From positions 721,307 to 785,306 of the forward strand of contig NZ_OY829290.1 of assembly GCF_963691685.1 (NCBI RefSeq): DNA of 64,000 bases. Reading direction: 5' to 3'. This DNA comes from Thalassovita sp. (GTDB taxonomy: Bacteria > Pseudomonadota > Alphaproteobacteria > Rhodobacterales > Rhodobacteraceae). The translations under genes and the position numbers were made by a program. The notes below the pieces were generated by a model. It was not told where the DNA came from and did not search any database. It was given only the letters and a program-made list of their open reading frames with translations. Below, piece by piece: positions 1-10,489 of the stretch. Within the stretch, counting starts at the first letter, position 1; every line of letters begins with the position of its first letter.

Positions 1-312
1 GCACTTCTGGGTAGGCCTGCAGTTCCCAGTAAAGCGCCAGTAGCCTCTCACGCAGTTCAGGATCACCGCCAAGATCCGTGGCCTCTAACGCCCAATCCAG
101 CCCGTCCTGCGTGACCTGCCAGAAATCGGTGTAATCCCCCGTGACAGCCCGCAGCCAGCTGTATTGCAGCTGCTTCAAACGCCAATGTTCTGCCAGTTTG
201 GACCAGGATTGCGCCAATGCCTCGCGCCCCGGTTCGGCAGCGGCGCGGCGGGCGGCAGAGGCCACATCAAAAAGGGTGCCATAGGCATCAAAGATACAGG
301 TTGTGATGGCCA
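1..312 (-). CDS. HAD-superfamily hydrolase, type II haloacid dehalogenase-like (partial, runs off left edge)
   Basis: Reverse-strand ATG at 310-312 then MAITTCIFDAYGTLFDV..., which carries HAD motif I (DxYGTLxD). The frame is open to the window edge, and the ORF is absent from the track only because it is open-ended. Confidence 0.55.
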
Positions 313-530
313 TCGGCGCCTCCTCTTTTGCGGCGCAGGGTTGCATGGCCTTGCCGCGAAGGAAAGCACGCAATTGTACCAACATGACCGCGTAGATTGT
401 GCCAAATCAGGCTGAATTTGCATTCATGCGCCTGCACCGCTAGGGTGCCTGCCAGCCGAGGGCGCCCGACCGGAGTGGAAAGCGACGCGCCCTTCATGTA
501 ATCACACTCCCAGACAGTATTGGAACAGCT

Positions 531-959
531 ATGACCCAGGTCAAAACGGGTGACACCGTAGGCATTCACTATACCGGCACGCTGAAAGACGGTTCGGTTT
601 TCGACAGCTCCGAAGGGCGCGATCCGCTGACCTTTGAAGTGGGCAGCGGCCAGATCATCCCGGGCCTTGATAAGGCGCTGCCGGGCATGGCGGTTGGGGA
701 CAAGAAAACCGTCGAAGTGCCCGCGATGGAGGCCTATGGCCCGATCCAGCCCGGTGCCCGCCAAAGCCTGCCGCGCGCGGATTTCCCCGCCGACATCCCG
801 GCCGAAATTGGCCTGCAGCTGCAGATGCAGACCCCGGATGGCCAGGTTCTGCCAGTGACCATTGTTGATCTGACCGATGATGAGATCACCCTGGACGCCA
901 ACCACCCGCTGGCCGGCAAGGATCTGACCTTCGCGATTGAGCTGGTCTCGATCAGCTAA
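531..959 (+). CDS. FKBP-type peptidyl-prolyl cis-trans isomerase (SlyD/FkpB-like, with IF insert domain)
   Basis: 142 aa; FKBP fold motifs GDTVGIHYTGTLKDGSVFDSS and FEVGSGQIIPGLDKALPGM, with insert-in-flap segment. Confidence 0.85.
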   Translation: MTQVKTGDTVGIHYTGTLKDGSVFDSSEGRDPLTFEVGSGQIIPGLDKALPGMAVGDKKTVEVPAMEAYGPIQPGARQSLPRADFPADIPAEIGLQLQMQTPDGQVLPVTIVDLTDDEITLDANHPLAGKDLTFAIELVSIS

Positions 960-1017
960 GCGATTTTCTGAAGACAGAAGGGCGGGCTCACCGGCCCCGC
1001 CTTTTGCGTTTGGGCCA

Positions 1018-1986
1018 TCAGCCGTTGTTAATCCAAGCCTCGGCGTGGTCCATGATCTGTTTGCCGCTGTCGGTCATGTCGCCATGTTCATGGACGGTGC
1101 TGATCCCTTTAGCAAAATTTTCGCGGTCCTTTTCCGCCGCCAGCTGGGCCTCCGCGCGTTCTGCTTGCGTCAGCACGCCGCTTTGGGCGAGGGTTTCCAT
1201 CGCCAGTGCCATGCGCGCTGAAACGAGGGTTGCGTGATAGATGCCTTCCATCGGGCGGGGATCGATGCGGAGGGGGGATGTGTAAAGGTCGCTTTCGGGG
1301 TTTTTCACAAGAGGCTCGTCCCGCATCAGGCCAAACAGCAGGCTATGCCCAGCCTCATGTGCCAGCACCTCGGCGACGGCTAGCCGGTTTTTGTGGTGTT
1401 TGGGGTTCAGAAACAAAAGTCCCCAGAACTGAAAATGCGACGCGCCATCAAATTCGAATTTTGATCCCTTGGGGGCCTGTGCCAGCACAACTTGATGCAC
1501 GATGGCCCGGGTTTCGAGGTAAAGTGCCTCGAAGCCCTCACGCAGCAGGGCGAAGCCTTCGTTCAGCAACTGCGGAAAATCTGGTGCATCCTCATGCGGG
1601 AGGGGGGCAAATTCCGAACCTTCACCCAGGCGGTGGTTCAGCGATTGGTCCAAGGCGAGATTGTCGGTCGCGCCGCGATAGCGGACGATCAACTCGTCGC
1701 TGCGGGATGCTGCGTTCGAAAGACGTTGGGCCGTTTGAAGAGCGACTTCGCGATCGCCATCAATCAAAGCTTCGGTCAGGGTGTAATAGTCACCGAAAGT
1801 CTCCGCGGCCAGATGATCGCCAGCGTCTAAGCGGGCCAAAAGCGGTGACAGTGCATTGGATACGGCGGGCAAGGCGGCCTGACAGCGGTCCGCGATATGC
1901 CTGAGGCTTTGGGCCAAATCAGAGTGGCGGACGCGATCGAGATCTCGCGCCCGCTGGGCATCTGGCGCAAATGTGTAAGAAAACAT
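1018..1986 (-). CDS. HExxH-motif protein (LAHEAGHSLLFG); zincin-like peptidase or HExxH-type peptide-modifying enzyme, family uncertain
   Basis: 322-aa ORF with a single HEAGH motif about two-thirds of the way in; lower GC than flanking core genes; a small ORF lies immediately upstream on the same strand. Confidence 0.5.
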   Translation of the reverse strand: MFSYTFAPDAQRARDLDRVRHSDLAQSLRHIADRCQAALPAVSNALSPLLARLDAGDHLAAETFGDYYTLTEALIDGDREVALQTAQRLSNAASRSDELIVRYRGATDNLALDQSLNHRLGEGSEFAPLPHEDAPDFPQLLNEGFALLREGFEALYLETRAIVHQVVLAQAPKGSKFEFDGASHFQFWGLLFLNPKHHKNRLAVAEVLAHEAGHSLLFGLMRDEPLVKNPESDLYTSPLRIDPRPMEGIYHATLVSARMALAMETLAQSGVLTQAERAEAQLAAEKDRENFAKGISTVHEHGDMTDSGKQIMDHAEAWINNG

Positions 1987-2018
1987 TCGGTCGTCTTTTG
2001 CGTCTTAGGAGACCGGAC

Positions 2019-2204
2019 TCAGGATGCAGTCGCCAGTTTTATGCCTGGTTTCAGACCGATTTTGCTGCCCATTTTGGCACCCAGTGGACCCAGATCGGCG
2101 CTGGAAAACTGCTTGTGACCTTCGAATTCTGCCTGTTTTGCCACCACACGGTAGCCTAGCATATTGCCCAGATCGAGGTCGATTTTGGAGGTGGTGTCTT
2201 GCAT
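2019..2204 (-). CDS. small 61-aa Lys/Asp/Glu/Ser/Thr-rich protein; candidate RiPP precursor (hypothetical)
   Basis: Complete ORF in the 280-bp gap between the divergent HExxH and ATP-grasp genes, co-oriented with the HExxH gene; GC3 ~56%; weak SD (GGGG about 10 nt upstream). Confidence 0.3.
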   Translation of the reverse strand: MQDTTSKIDLDLGNMLGYRVVAKQAEFEGHKQFSSADLGPLGAKMGSKIGLKPGIKLATAS

Positions 2205-2266
2205 TGTGTCGGGCCCCGTTATTGATTTAAAAGCGACTTTTCAAAGGGATCGTAGGTCAGCTCGGT

Positions 2267-3244
2267 ATGCTATTCAACCCATCACGTGCTCAGCTATTTT
2301 TTGTGTGCGCGCATGACCATCGCTACACGGTTAAGCTGCCCGCGCAGCATTTGCAGCGCCAGAACGTCAGGTTCAAAACCATTCCGTATGAAGCGTTGTT
2401 TCGCGCGTCACGTTTGACCACAGCCAGCTACATTTTTTCAGACTTTGACCGGCTTTCCTCCACAGAACTGACAGCCGCCGCCGCAGTGTACCGCAAACTT
2501 GCCGCCGCAGGCGCCAAGGTGATCAATGACCCGGCCTTGGCGCTTAACCGTGATGACACCATTAGGCGGCTACATCAGTCGGGGTTGAGCGACTTTACTT
2601 GCTTCGGTCCGCGGTCTGGCGAAAAGCCCGAGAGGTTCCCTGTGTTCCTGCGCACGATCACCGGCCACCGGGGGGTGTTAAGCGATCTGCTGCACTCCGA
2701 GGAAGAGTGCGAGATCGCATTGAAACGCGCCATTTCTCAAGGGTATCCGCTGCATGATCTGGTGTTCATTGAATATGCGGCACAGCCTCATCCTGAAACC
2801 GGGTTTTTTCAGAAGCATTCGGCGTATTTTGTTGAGGACACCGTGGTGCCTTCAAACATCGTCAATGAACGCAACTGGGTGGCCAAGTTCGGTGAGGCAA
2901 ATTTAGCGACGCCAGAGCAATATGCGCAGGAACGGCGCCAAATGGATGACTACCCCCATGAGGCATGGGTGAGGGAGGTTTTTGCCTGCCTTGATGTTGG
3001 CTACGGACGCCTTGATTTCGGACTGGTTGACGGCAGGCCGCAAGCCTACGAGGTGAACACCAACCCAACGCTGGGACGCAGCGTGGATCATCCGAACCCT
3101 GACCGCGCGGTTGCGCTGCAGATCAGCCGTGACCGCATTTTGGAAGCGCTTGGCACTGTGGCCACCCGGCCGTCAGGCCGGCCGGTGTATGTTGGTGATG
3201 TGTTGACGCGGAAGGGGCCGCTGCGCCGTTTAAAGCGCCTGTGA
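2267..3244 (+). CDS. ATP-grasp family protein (ligase-like)
   Basis: 325 aa; C-terminal YEVNTNP resembles the ATP-grasp Mg-binding E-x-N motif (RimK LEVNSSPG, Ddl EVNTLPG); LVFIEY/FQKH central segment; GC ~50-52%. Confidence 0.5.
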   Translation: MLFNPSRAQLFFVCAHDHRYTVKLPAQHLQRQNVRFKTIPYEALFRASRLTTASYIFSDFDRLSSTELTAAAAVYRKLAAAGAKVINDPALALNRDDTIRRLHQSGLSDFTCFGPRSGEKPERFPVFLRTITGHRGVLSDLLHSEEECEIALKRAISQGYPLHDLVFIEYAAQPHPETGFFQKHSAYFVEDTVVPSNIVNERNWVAKFGEANLATPEQYAQERRQMDDYPHEAWVREVFACLDVGYGRLDFGLVDGRPQAYEVNTNPTLGRSVDHPNPDRAVALQISRDRILEALGTVATRPSGRPVYVGDVLTRKGPLRRLKRL

Positions 3245-3262
3245 CGGCCGGAATGTTATGGA

Positions 3263-3709
3263 TCAGGCCTTCCGGCGCAGTTTGATGACCACATCCACGG
3301 CGCTGATTTCGGCGCCTTCGGGTGGTTCGGGCAGTTGAATGATCTTCAGCTGCTCCGCCGGGGCATCGGTCAGCGCGCCGTCATCTTCCCAGAAGAAGTG
3401 GGGATGATCATGGGTGTTGGTGTCAAAATAGCTTTTTGAGCCATCTACCGTAACTTCCTGCATCAGACCCGCCTCACAGAAGGCGCGCAGGGTGTTGTAG
3501 ACGGTTGCCAGCGAGACGCTTTCGCCATTGTCGCGCACGGACGCAAACAGGCTTTCAGCGGTGACATGGCGATCCTGCCCGTCCCCGACCAGCAAAGTGG
3601 CGAGGGCGAGACGCTGCCTTGTAGGGCGGAGACCGGCGCCTGCCAGCCATTTGGAGCCCCTCTGGGTTGCCTCAGGCGATACTGTCATCGACTCGTGTCC
3701 TAGTTCCAA
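3263..3709 (-). CDS. irr: Fur-family transcriptional regulator, Irr-like (iron response regulator)
   Basis: Fur fold with HDHPH His cluster; divergent from fabA as seen for irr in alphaproteobacteria; true start may be the internal Met (MTVSPEAT). Confidence 0.6.
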   Translation of the reverse strand: MELGHESMTVSPEATQRGSKWLAGAGLRPTRQRLALATLLVGDGQDRHVTAESLFASVRDNGESVSLATVYNTLRAFCEAGLMQEVTVDGSKSYFDTNTHDHPHFFWEDDGALTDAPAEQLKIIQLPEPPEGAEISAVDVVIKLRRKA

Positions 3710-3951
3710 TATCCCTTTTTATAACGGTTCTAGGTCCGGATGTTCAAATGAAAACCATTTGCAACTGCGTTCCGCCATTTCCTGTGACCAGAATCCCGCT
3801 GCATTCCCTAGGGTGAGCTTTGCCTGATTTGTGGCACGCGCCGTGCCGCGCCGTTGCGGTGCGCCCAGACCCGCAAGGCTTGCGCCAGCGGCTTTTACGG
3901 TGCTAGAGGGGGCGGGAATGTAACAGAATTATCCCGGAGGGGGCGCCACGC

Positions 3952-4461
3952 ATGGCACAATATCCGAGCAGCTTTGACAAAGACGATCTTCTGAAATGCG
4001 CCCGAGGCGAGCTGTTTGGCCCCGGCAACGCCCAGCTGCCGGCCCCGCCGATGCTGATGATGGACCGTATCACCGAAATCTCGGAAGATGGCGGCGCCCA
4101 CGGCAAAGGCCACGTGCTGGCCGAATTCGACATCACCCCTGACCTGTGGTTCTTCGATTGCCACTTCCCGGGCAACCCGATCATGCCCGGCTGTCTGGGG
4201 CTGGACGGTCTGTGGCAGCTGACCGGCTTCAACCTTGGCTGGCGCGGCTGGCTGGGCCGTGGCTACGCGCTGGGCGTCGGTGAGGTGAAGCTGACCGGCA
4301 TGGTGCGCCCTGACCGTAAGATGCTGACCTACAAGATTGATTTCACCAAGGCGATCCAAACCCGCCGCCTGACCATGGGCGTTGCCGACGGTATCGTCGA
4401 AGCGGATGGTGAGGTGATTTATCAGGTGAAAGACATGAAAGTGGCCCTCAGCGAAAGCTGA
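3952..4461 (+). CDS. fabA: 3-hydroxydecanoyl-ACP dehydratase/isomerase FabA
   Basis: 169 aa; FabA hotdog motifs [20 protein letters not shown] and active-site His/Asp context. Confidence 0.9.
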   Translation: MAQYPSSFDKDDLLKCARGELFGPGNAQLPAPPMLMMDRITEISEDGGAHGKGHVLAEFDITPDLWFFDCHFPGNPIMPGCLGLDGLWQLTGFNLGWRGWLGRGYALGVGEVKLTGMVRPDRKMLTYKIDFTKAIQTRRLTMGVADGIVEADGEVIYQVKDMKVALSES

Positions 4462-4542
4462 TCGCAGAGGTTTCGTGATGCTTTACAGGCCGGCCCGCTG
4501 GGCCGGTCTGATCGTTTTAGGACCCCGCTGCAGGAGCGCCCC

Positions 4543-4791
4543 ATGACCCCGGAAGAAATCACCGCCTGCGTCAACGCCGCCTTTCCGCTGCCGTCGATCT
4601 TGTTTGTCATCGGGGCGCTGACCCTGGCCGCCTATCTGAAACGTAAATACCAGCTGACGCTTGCCCAAACCTTCAAGGCGATGGTTGGGGTTGAAAAGGT
4701 ACGCCACACCAAAGCCTCGGCCATTATCATGATGCTGACCTTGCTAGTGCCGCTTGGTCTTTGGCTGCTGCTGGGCCAGCGCTGCGGTTAG
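4543..4791 (+). CDS. small two-TM membrane protein (hypothetical)
   Basis: 82 aa, two hydrophobic helices, GGAG 8 nt upstream of ATG. Confidence 0.3.
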   Translation: MTPEEITACVNAAFPLPSILFVIGALTLAAYLKRKYQLTLAQTFKAMVGVEKVRHTKASAIIMMLTLLVPLGLWLLLGQRCG

Positions 4792-4935
4792 GCACCGTGT
4801 CACTATTGGCGCCATTAGCGCAGCCATTCCATGTTTTGTAACAGAGGTTTACAGCGGCATTCCGCTTGCCTTACCCTCTTAAACTAACGCCGAACGGATC
4901 GCGTCTGGCTGAGAAACGGCGGGGATGCGTGGCAG

Positions 4936-5715
4936 GTGCGAAAAATCTCTAGATGGGGACAGGTAGCGCGGCAGGTCGATTTGATCCGCTACATGTGGCG
5001 CACCAACGCGCCGCTCTGGGTGATCACGTTCTACCTGCGGCACAAGCTGTCAAACCAACTCTCCGGTGACAATCGGGTTTGGGCCAAAAAACGGGCCGCG
5101 TTTCGGGCGCAGGCCAAGTCTTTGGAGATCGATCAGGACTGGTTTTCGCGCAAACTGCCGATCTGGCTGCGGGCCTTCAAGGCGGTGGATCTGGACACTG
5201 AGGCACCGTTGAGCTGTCTGGAAATCGGCAGCTGGCAGGGGCTCTCAGCCCATTTCATGCTCACCACCCTGCCAAATGCGACGCTCACCTGCGTCGATAC
5301 ATGGGAAGGGGCGGATGAACATTTGGATAGACTTCGCGTCGACCAGCCCGCAATGCACCGGATTGAACAGAGCTTTGATCGCAACCTTGCCTCCTTCGCG
5401 GATCGGCTGACCAAGTTTCGCGGCACATCGCAGGCGTTTTTCAGTGGGGGAAATGCAGGACCCAAGTATGACCTGATCTATGTCGACGGCTCGCACCACG
5501 CGGAGGATGTGCTTTTGGATGCTATGGAGGCGTTTGATGTGCTCAAAAACGGCGGCTTGCTGATCTTTGATGATTATTTCTGGCGTTACTATCCCGACGC
5601 TTCTGACAACCCGGCAAGCGCGATCCATACCTTCCTGCGGCAGGAACAGCACCAGTTGGAGTTGATTTGCGTCGATCGGCAGGTCGTTGTGCGAAAACTT
5701 GAAAGTCTTGCGTGA
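4936..5715 (+). CDS. class I SAM-dependent methyltransferase (Methyltransf_24/O-MTase-like)
   Basis: GTG start; LEIGSWQG SAM-binding motif and DLIYVDGSH; inserted between fabA and fabB. Confidence 0.65.
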   Translation: MRKISRWGQVARQVDLIRYMWRTNAPLWVITFYLRHKLSNQLSGDNRVWAKKRAAFRAQAKSLEIDQDWFSRKLPIWLRAFKAVDLDTEAPLSCLEIGSWQGLSAHFMLTTLPNATLTCVDTWEGADEHLDRLRVDQPAMHRIEQSFDRNLASFADRLTKFRGTSQAFFSGGNAGPKYDLIYVDGSHHAEDVLLDAMEAFDVLKNGGLLIFDDYFWRYYPDASDNPASAIHTFLRQEQHQLELICVDRQVVVRKLESLA

Positions 5716-5836
5716 TCCGCGAGGGCAACGGAAACACCTGCCCCCTAAGCCACAGGTAAATGGGTTTCCCCAACCCACCTTGCACCTTCCCACCGCAATG
5801 CCCTACTAAGGCATAAGCTATGAAGGGAGTGCACGT

Positions 5837-7066
5837 ATGCGTCGTGTCGTCGTAACCGGCTTGGGCGTTGTTTCGTCCATCGGCAACAATGCAGAAGAGG
5901 TTCTGGCCTCGCTGAAGGCTGGCAAGTCCGGCATCACCGCCAATGAGGCCATGAAGGAACATGGGTTCCGCAGCCAGATTGCAGGCGACATCAAGTTGAA
6001 TGTCGCCGATCATGTCGACAAACGGACCCTGCGCTTCATGGGGCCCGGCGCGGCCTACGCCCATATTGCGATGCAACAGGCGATTGCTGATTCCGGTCTG
6101 GAAGAAAAAGAGATCATCAACCCGCGCACCGGTCTGGTGGCAGGGTCTGGTGGCCCGTCAACCTCGGCCATGTTGGCAGCGCATCAGACCGTGCTGAAGA
6201 CCGGCGCAACCAAACGGATCGGCCCGTTTGCGGTGCCCAAAACCATGTGCTCGACCGTGTCGGCAAACCTAGCGACGGCCTTCCAGATCAAAGGCATCAA
6301 CTACTCGATCACCTCGGCCTGTTCGACCTCACTGCACTGCATCGGCAACGCAGCCGAACAGATCATGATGGGCAAGCAGGATGTGATGTTTGCTGGCGGC
6401 GGTGAAGAGCTGGACTGGACCCTGAGCTGCCTGTTTGACGCGATGGGTGCGATGTCGTCGAAATACAACGACACGCCCGAGAAAGCCTCGCGCGCCTTTG
6501 ACGCAAACCGCGACGGGTTTGTGATCGGCGGCGGTGGCGGCATTGTGGTGCTGGAAGAGCTGGAACACGCCAAAGCGCGCGGTGCGAAGATCTACGCAGA
6601 AGTCACCGGCTACGGCGCCACCTCGGACGGTGCCGATATGGTGGCCCCCTCGGGCGAAGGCGGTGAGCGCGCGATGCGTGAGGCTCTGTCGACCTTGGCC
6701 GACGACCGCAAGGTCAGCTACATCAACGCACATGGCACCTCGACCCCGGTGGGCGATGTTGGTGAAGTGGAGGCGGTGCGCCGCGTCTTTGGCGAAGGCC
6801 AGACTCCGGTGATCTCTTCGACCAAATCGATGACTGGCCACAGCCAGGGCGCCACCGGTGCGCAGGAAGCCATCTACTGCCTGCTGGCGCTGGAACATGA
6901 TTTCATCATCCCGTCGATCAACGTCGAAACGCTGGATCCGGCGCTGAACCCGGCCGAGATTGCCACCGCGCTGGTCGAAAACGCGGGCCTAGATACGGTG
7001 ATGACCAACTCATTCGGGTTTGGTGGCACCAATGGGTCGATGCTGATGTCGAAATACCGCGACTAA
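5837..7066 (+). CDS. fabB: 3-oxoacyl-ACP synthase I FabB
   Basis: 409 aa KAS-I; active-site Cys in [10 protein letters not shown]; HGTSTPVGD and GHSQGATG motifs. Confidence 0.9.
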   Translation: MRRVVVTGLGVVSSIGNNAEEVLASLKAGKSGITANEAMKEHGFRSQIAGDIKLNVADHVDKRTLRFMGPGAAYAHIAMQQAIADSGLEEKEIINPRTGLVAGSGGPSTSAMLAAHQTVLKTGATKRIGPFAVPKTMCSTVSANLATAFQIKGINYSITSACSTSLHCIGNAAEQIMMGKQDVMFAGGGEELDWTLSCLFDAMGAMSSKYNDTPEKASRAFDANRDGFVIGGGGGIVVLEELEHAKARGAKIYAEVTGYGATSDGADMVAPSGEGGERAMREALSTLADDRKVSYINAHGTSTPVGDVGEVEAVRRVFGEGQTPVISSTKSMTGHSQGATGAQEAIYCLLALEHDFIIPSINVETLDPALNPAEIATALVENAGLDTVMTNSFGFGGTNGSMLMSKYRD

Positions 7067-7091
7067 GCTTTGAAAACAGAGTTTTCAGATT

Positions 7092-7121
7092 GGGCGCCCT
7101 TCGGGGCGCTCTTTCTTTTTT
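7092..7121 (+). terminator. rho-independent terminator after fabB
   Basis: gggcgccc-ttcg-gggcgc hairpin followed by T-run. Confidence 0.6.
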
Positions 7122-7238
7122 CGGGCCTGCGGCCCGGTTCTTAAGTATTTTCAGAACATTGAAAGCGCCTTTCAACGATCCCTAAATACTCCCGCCGGAG
7201 GCGGCGCTGGCTTTCATCTGGATGCCACGCGCAGGGGG

Positions 7239-8159
7239 TCAGAACCATTGCCCCGGTTCCATCAGCCCAAGGTCCAGCAGCTGACGTGAATGCCATTCGA
7301 AGGGGGCCGAGTTGTGCCAGCGGAAACTGTCGATATCGAACTTGGAGCCCGGGTTGCGTTTCAGCGCCTTGGCGGTGCGGAACGAACAGATGGCCGCGGT
7401 CAGATTGTGGTGCCAGGGGCAGGCGTAGGTGTTGTATTCTTCGTCGTTGAAGGTGTGATCTTCACCAAGGCGCAGCTCTGGTTTGGCGCGGAAGAGGGAG
7501 ATCCGGTCGATCTTGCGCCGTTTGGCGGGGATGTGTTCCTCATAACGCCAGCGCAACCCGCCAAAGAAGTCCAGCTGGCGTTCTTTGGGGTGGTTGTGAT
7601 TGGCCGGATCGGGCCGTGCCAGCGCGTAATAGCCTGATTTGTCCAGATGCGCCGTGTCGAGGGAGACAGCATTGGGATGGCGTTGCAGGTTTTCAGCGTA
7701 GAGGTCGACCACATAGGTCAGCATGGAAAACCGCCGCTCTTCGGTGTGGAAGGCCAGCATTTCGCCAACGGTGCGGGTCTCACAGAACGGGTAGAACAGG
7801 TATTCCGCGTTGTAGCAGTAAAAGATCCACTGACCGATCGCGGCGTCGTTGATCTGATTGACGGCCTGCGGCACCGCGCCCTGCTGCAGGGTGTCAAAAC
7901 TGATCCGGTGGACGGTGGGTTCAACATCTTCGGCCAGAGCATATTCATCGGGCATGAAGACCAAAACGGTTGCAAAGCCCGTGTTCAGATGGTGGCGCAG
8001 GGTGGTGTCAATCTCGGCCTCATCTTCGGCAAAGACCAGCGCGATCGGCCCTTTGGCCAATGCGCCTTGGCTGGTTTTGAGAAACTCTGCCAAACTATTG
8101 TAGTGCATTGCTTGTGTCCTGCCTGCTTTGCGCCCAAACTCGGCCATATCGGGCTGCAT
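7239..8159 (-). CDS. conserved hypothetical protein
   Basis: 306-aa ORF with good GC3 bias; no motif I can assign. Confidence 0.45.
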   Translation of the reverse strand: MQPDMAEFGRKAGRTQAMHYNSLAEFLKTSQGALAKGPIALVFAEDEAEIDTTLRHHLNTGFATVLVFMPDEYALAEDVEPTVHRISFDTLQQGAVPQAVNQINDAAIGQWIFYCYNAEYLFYPFCETRTVGEMLAFHTEERRFSMLTYVVDLYAENLQRHPNAVSLDTAHLDKSGYYALARPDPANHNHPKERQLDFFGGLRWRYEEHIPAKRRKIDRISLFRAKPELRLGEDHTFNDEEYNTYACPWHHNLTAAICSFRTAKALKRNPGSKFDIDSFRWHNSAPFEWHSRQLLDLGLMEPGQWF

Positions 8160-8253
8160 TGCAAGTCACCCCCTTTGTGGTATAGGACGCCGCCTTGAAA
8201 CCAAGCCGCGCTGCATCAAGATAGAGCGCAACAGACCGGGCCAGGATAAGCGC

Positions 8254-9591
8254 ATGAGCGAAGCGAAAAATTGCGAGCCAAAGAAACTCTTCATCAAGAC
8301 CTACGGCTGTCAGATGAATGTCTATGACAGTGAGCGCATGGCAGAGGCGCTGGGTGGCAAGGGCTATATTGAGACCAAAAGCCCTGATGACGCGGATATG
8401 ATCCTGCTGAACACCTGTCACATCCGGGAAAAAGCGGCTGAGAAGGTTTATTCAGAACTGGGCCGTTTCAAGACGCTGAAAGCGGAAAAGCCGGACCTGA
8501 AAATCGGTGTTGCCGGCTGTGTCGCGCAGGCTGAGGGTGAAGAGATCATGCGCCGGCAGCCGCTGGTCGATCTGGTTGTGGGGCCGCAGGCCTACCACCG
8601 CCTGCCCGAGATGGAGGCCAAGACCCGCGCCGGTGAAAAGGCGCTGGATACGGATTTCCCCGAAGAAGACAAATTCGAGAAGCTGAAAAACCGCCCCAAG
8701 GCGCGCCGTGCCCCGGCGGCATTCCTGACCGTTCAGGAGGGCTGCGATAAGTTCTGCGCCTTCTGCGTGGTGCCCTACACCCGCGGTGCCGAAGTGAGCC
8801 GCCCGGTGGAACGTGTGCTGAATGAGGCGCGCGATCTGGTGGATCGTGGGGTGCGCGAAATCACCCTGCTGGGCCAGAATGTGAACGCCTACCACGGGCA
8901 GGGGCCGAAAGGCACCTGGTCGCTGGCCGAACTGATCTGGTCGCTGAATGAAATCGATGGACTGGAGCGGATCCGTTTCACCACATCGCATCCCAACGAT
9001 ATGGATGATGACCTGATCGCGGCCCATGGCGAGTGCAAAAAGCTGATGCCGTACCTGCATTTGCCGGTGCAGTCGGGCAGCGACAAGATCCTCAAGCGGA
9101 TGAACCGCAGCCACACCGCGGAAAGCTATCTACGGTTGATTGGACGGATCCGTGCAGCGCGTCCCGACATGCTGATCTCAGGTGATTTCATTGTTGGTTT
9201 CCCGGAAGAGGATGATCAGGACTTTGAAGACACCATGTCGCTGATCCGTGAAGTGAACTACGGCCAGGCCTTCAGCTTCAAATACTCGACCCGCCCTGGC
9301 ACCCCGGCAGCAGAACGTCCGCTGGTGGATGACGCTGTGGCGACGGAACGTCTGCACCGTTTGCAGGCCCTGATCACCGAACAGCAGCGCGCCATCCAGG
9401 ACAGCATGGTCGGGCGAGAAGTGTCGGTTCTGTTTGAAAAGGCGGGCCGGTTTGAAGGCCAGATGGTCGGCAAGTCTGAATATCTGCACGCGGTTCACGT
9501 GGCCAATGCAGGCATGCAGGTTGGCGAAATTGCCCGGGTGAAAATTGTCGAAAGCGGCAGCAATTCATTGGCCGGTGAGATCATCCGTTAA
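8254..9591 (+). CDS. miaB: tRNA-i6A37 methylthiotransferase MiaB
   Basis: Starts at internal ATG ([11 protein letters not shown]); TRAM and radical-SAM CxxxCxxC (CDKFCAFC) motifs; [11 protein letters not shown]0004 N-terminus. Confidence 0.9.
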   Translation: MSEAKNCEPKKLFIKTYGCQMNVYDSERMAEALGGKGYIETKSPDDADMILLNTCHIREKAAEKVYSELGRFKTLKAEKPDLKIGVAGCVAQAEGEEIMRRQPLVDLVVGPQAYHRLPEMEAKTRAGEKALDTDFPEEDKFEKLKNRPKARRAPAAFLTVQEGCDKFCAFCVVPYTRGAEVSRPVERVLNEARDLVDRGVREITLLGQNVNAYHGQGPKGTWSLAELIWSLNEIDGLERIRFTTSHPNDMDDDLIAAHGECKKLMPYLHLPVQSGSDKILKRMNRSHTAESYLRLIGRIRAARPDMLISGDFIVGFPEEDDQDFEDTMSLIREVNYGQAFSFKYSTRPGTPAAERPLVDDAVATERLHRLQALITEQQRAIQDSMVGREVSVLFEKAGRFEGQMVGKSEYLHAVHVANAGMQVGEIARVKIVESGSNSLAGEIIR

Positions 9592-9636
9592 GCCCCTGAT
9601 TGGCTTGGATTTACATCAGAGAATCTCTGACTTTTG

Positions 9637-9666
9637 AGGCCTGCCCCATCGGGGTGGGCCTTTTTC
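9637..9666 (+). terminator. rho-independent terminator after miaB
   Basis: ggcctgcccc-atc-ggggtgggcc hairpin plus TTTTT. Confidence 0.55.
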
Positions 9667-9906
9667 AGGTGGCGGTAAGGGGAAGTTTCACGCGATTTAC
9701 CCGCCGAATTGTCGCCCTGACCACTGCTATTAGTGTTCTTGATTGTCATTGTTTCCAAATCTTGTGCAATCAGCCAAGGTTTCTCCTTCCTTTAAGAGGG
9801 AGAAATGTTAAGCTTAACGAATAATTACTTTGTCGAAGCACCCTTTTCTGCTGAAACCTGGGGCGGCTTCGTGGGGACACGAAACATAAGGACAGGGCTG
9901 GCGAAA

Positions 9907-10473
9907 ATGATGACCAAAGCATTTCGTACTGCAATGGCTTGTGCTGTGGTGTCGGTTCTGGGCGTAACGTCGACAATGCAGTCGGCTATGGCGCAGCAAT
10001 CTACCACGGTGCGGAGCGAACGTTATATTCCAACCATTTGGATCGACCCGGACGGCTGTGAGCATTGGGTGATGGATGATGGCGCCGAAGGCTACATGAC
10101 ACCTCACCTGACCAAAGAGGGGCTGCCGGTCTGCCGTGATCTGAACCTCTGTGGCACCGTGAAAACTGACCAGCTGTTTGCAACCGACAGCTACCGGATC
10201 AATTCTGCTGGTCGTCAACGCTTGGCGGATTTCTTCAACTCGGCGTCGGCGCGGGCTTTTGTGATTGTTGGTCACACCGACAGCCGGGCCTCGGACAGCT
10301 ACAACATGAAGTTGAGCTATAACCGGGCCAACTCGGTGGCGAAAGTGGCCGCTGGTGTTGGGGCGCAGGTGATTGATGTGCGCGGCTACGGTGAGCGGAT
10401 GCCTGTGGCGTCAAACTCGACCGCGGCTGGCATGCAGAAAAACCGCCGCGTTGAAATCCTGTGTTTCCAGTAA
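9907..10473 (+). CDS. OmpA-family protein with N-terminal Cys-containing domain
   Basis: Signal peptide (MMTKAFRTAMACAVVSVLG); C-terminal OmpA-like peptidoglycan-binding domain (VGHTDSRASDSYNMKLSYNRANSV..NRRVEI). Confidence 0.75.
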   Translation: MMTKAFRTAMACAVVSVLGVTSTMQSAMAQQSTTVRSERYIPTIWIDPDGCEHWVMDDGAEGYMTPHLTKEGLPVCRDLNLCGTVKTDQLFATDSYRINSAGRQRLADFFNSASARAFVIVGHTDSRASDSYNMKLSYNRANSVAKVAAGVGAQVIDVRGYGERMPVASNSTAAGMQKNRRVEILCFQ

Positions 10474-10489
10474 CCGAGGGAGAGAGACT

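Noticed and set aside
288-905. 205-aa minus-strand ORF
   Set aside because: It overlaps the well-supported FKBP isomerase gene on the plus strand and the HAD gene start; antisense shadow.
3710-3951. Iron-control-element (Irr box TTTAGAA-N3-TTCTAAA) in the irr/fabA intergenic region
   Set aside because: I could not find a convincing match to the ICE palindrome by eye, so no regulatory site is called.
6329-6898. 189-aa minus ORF inside fabB
   Set aside because: Antisense to fabB.
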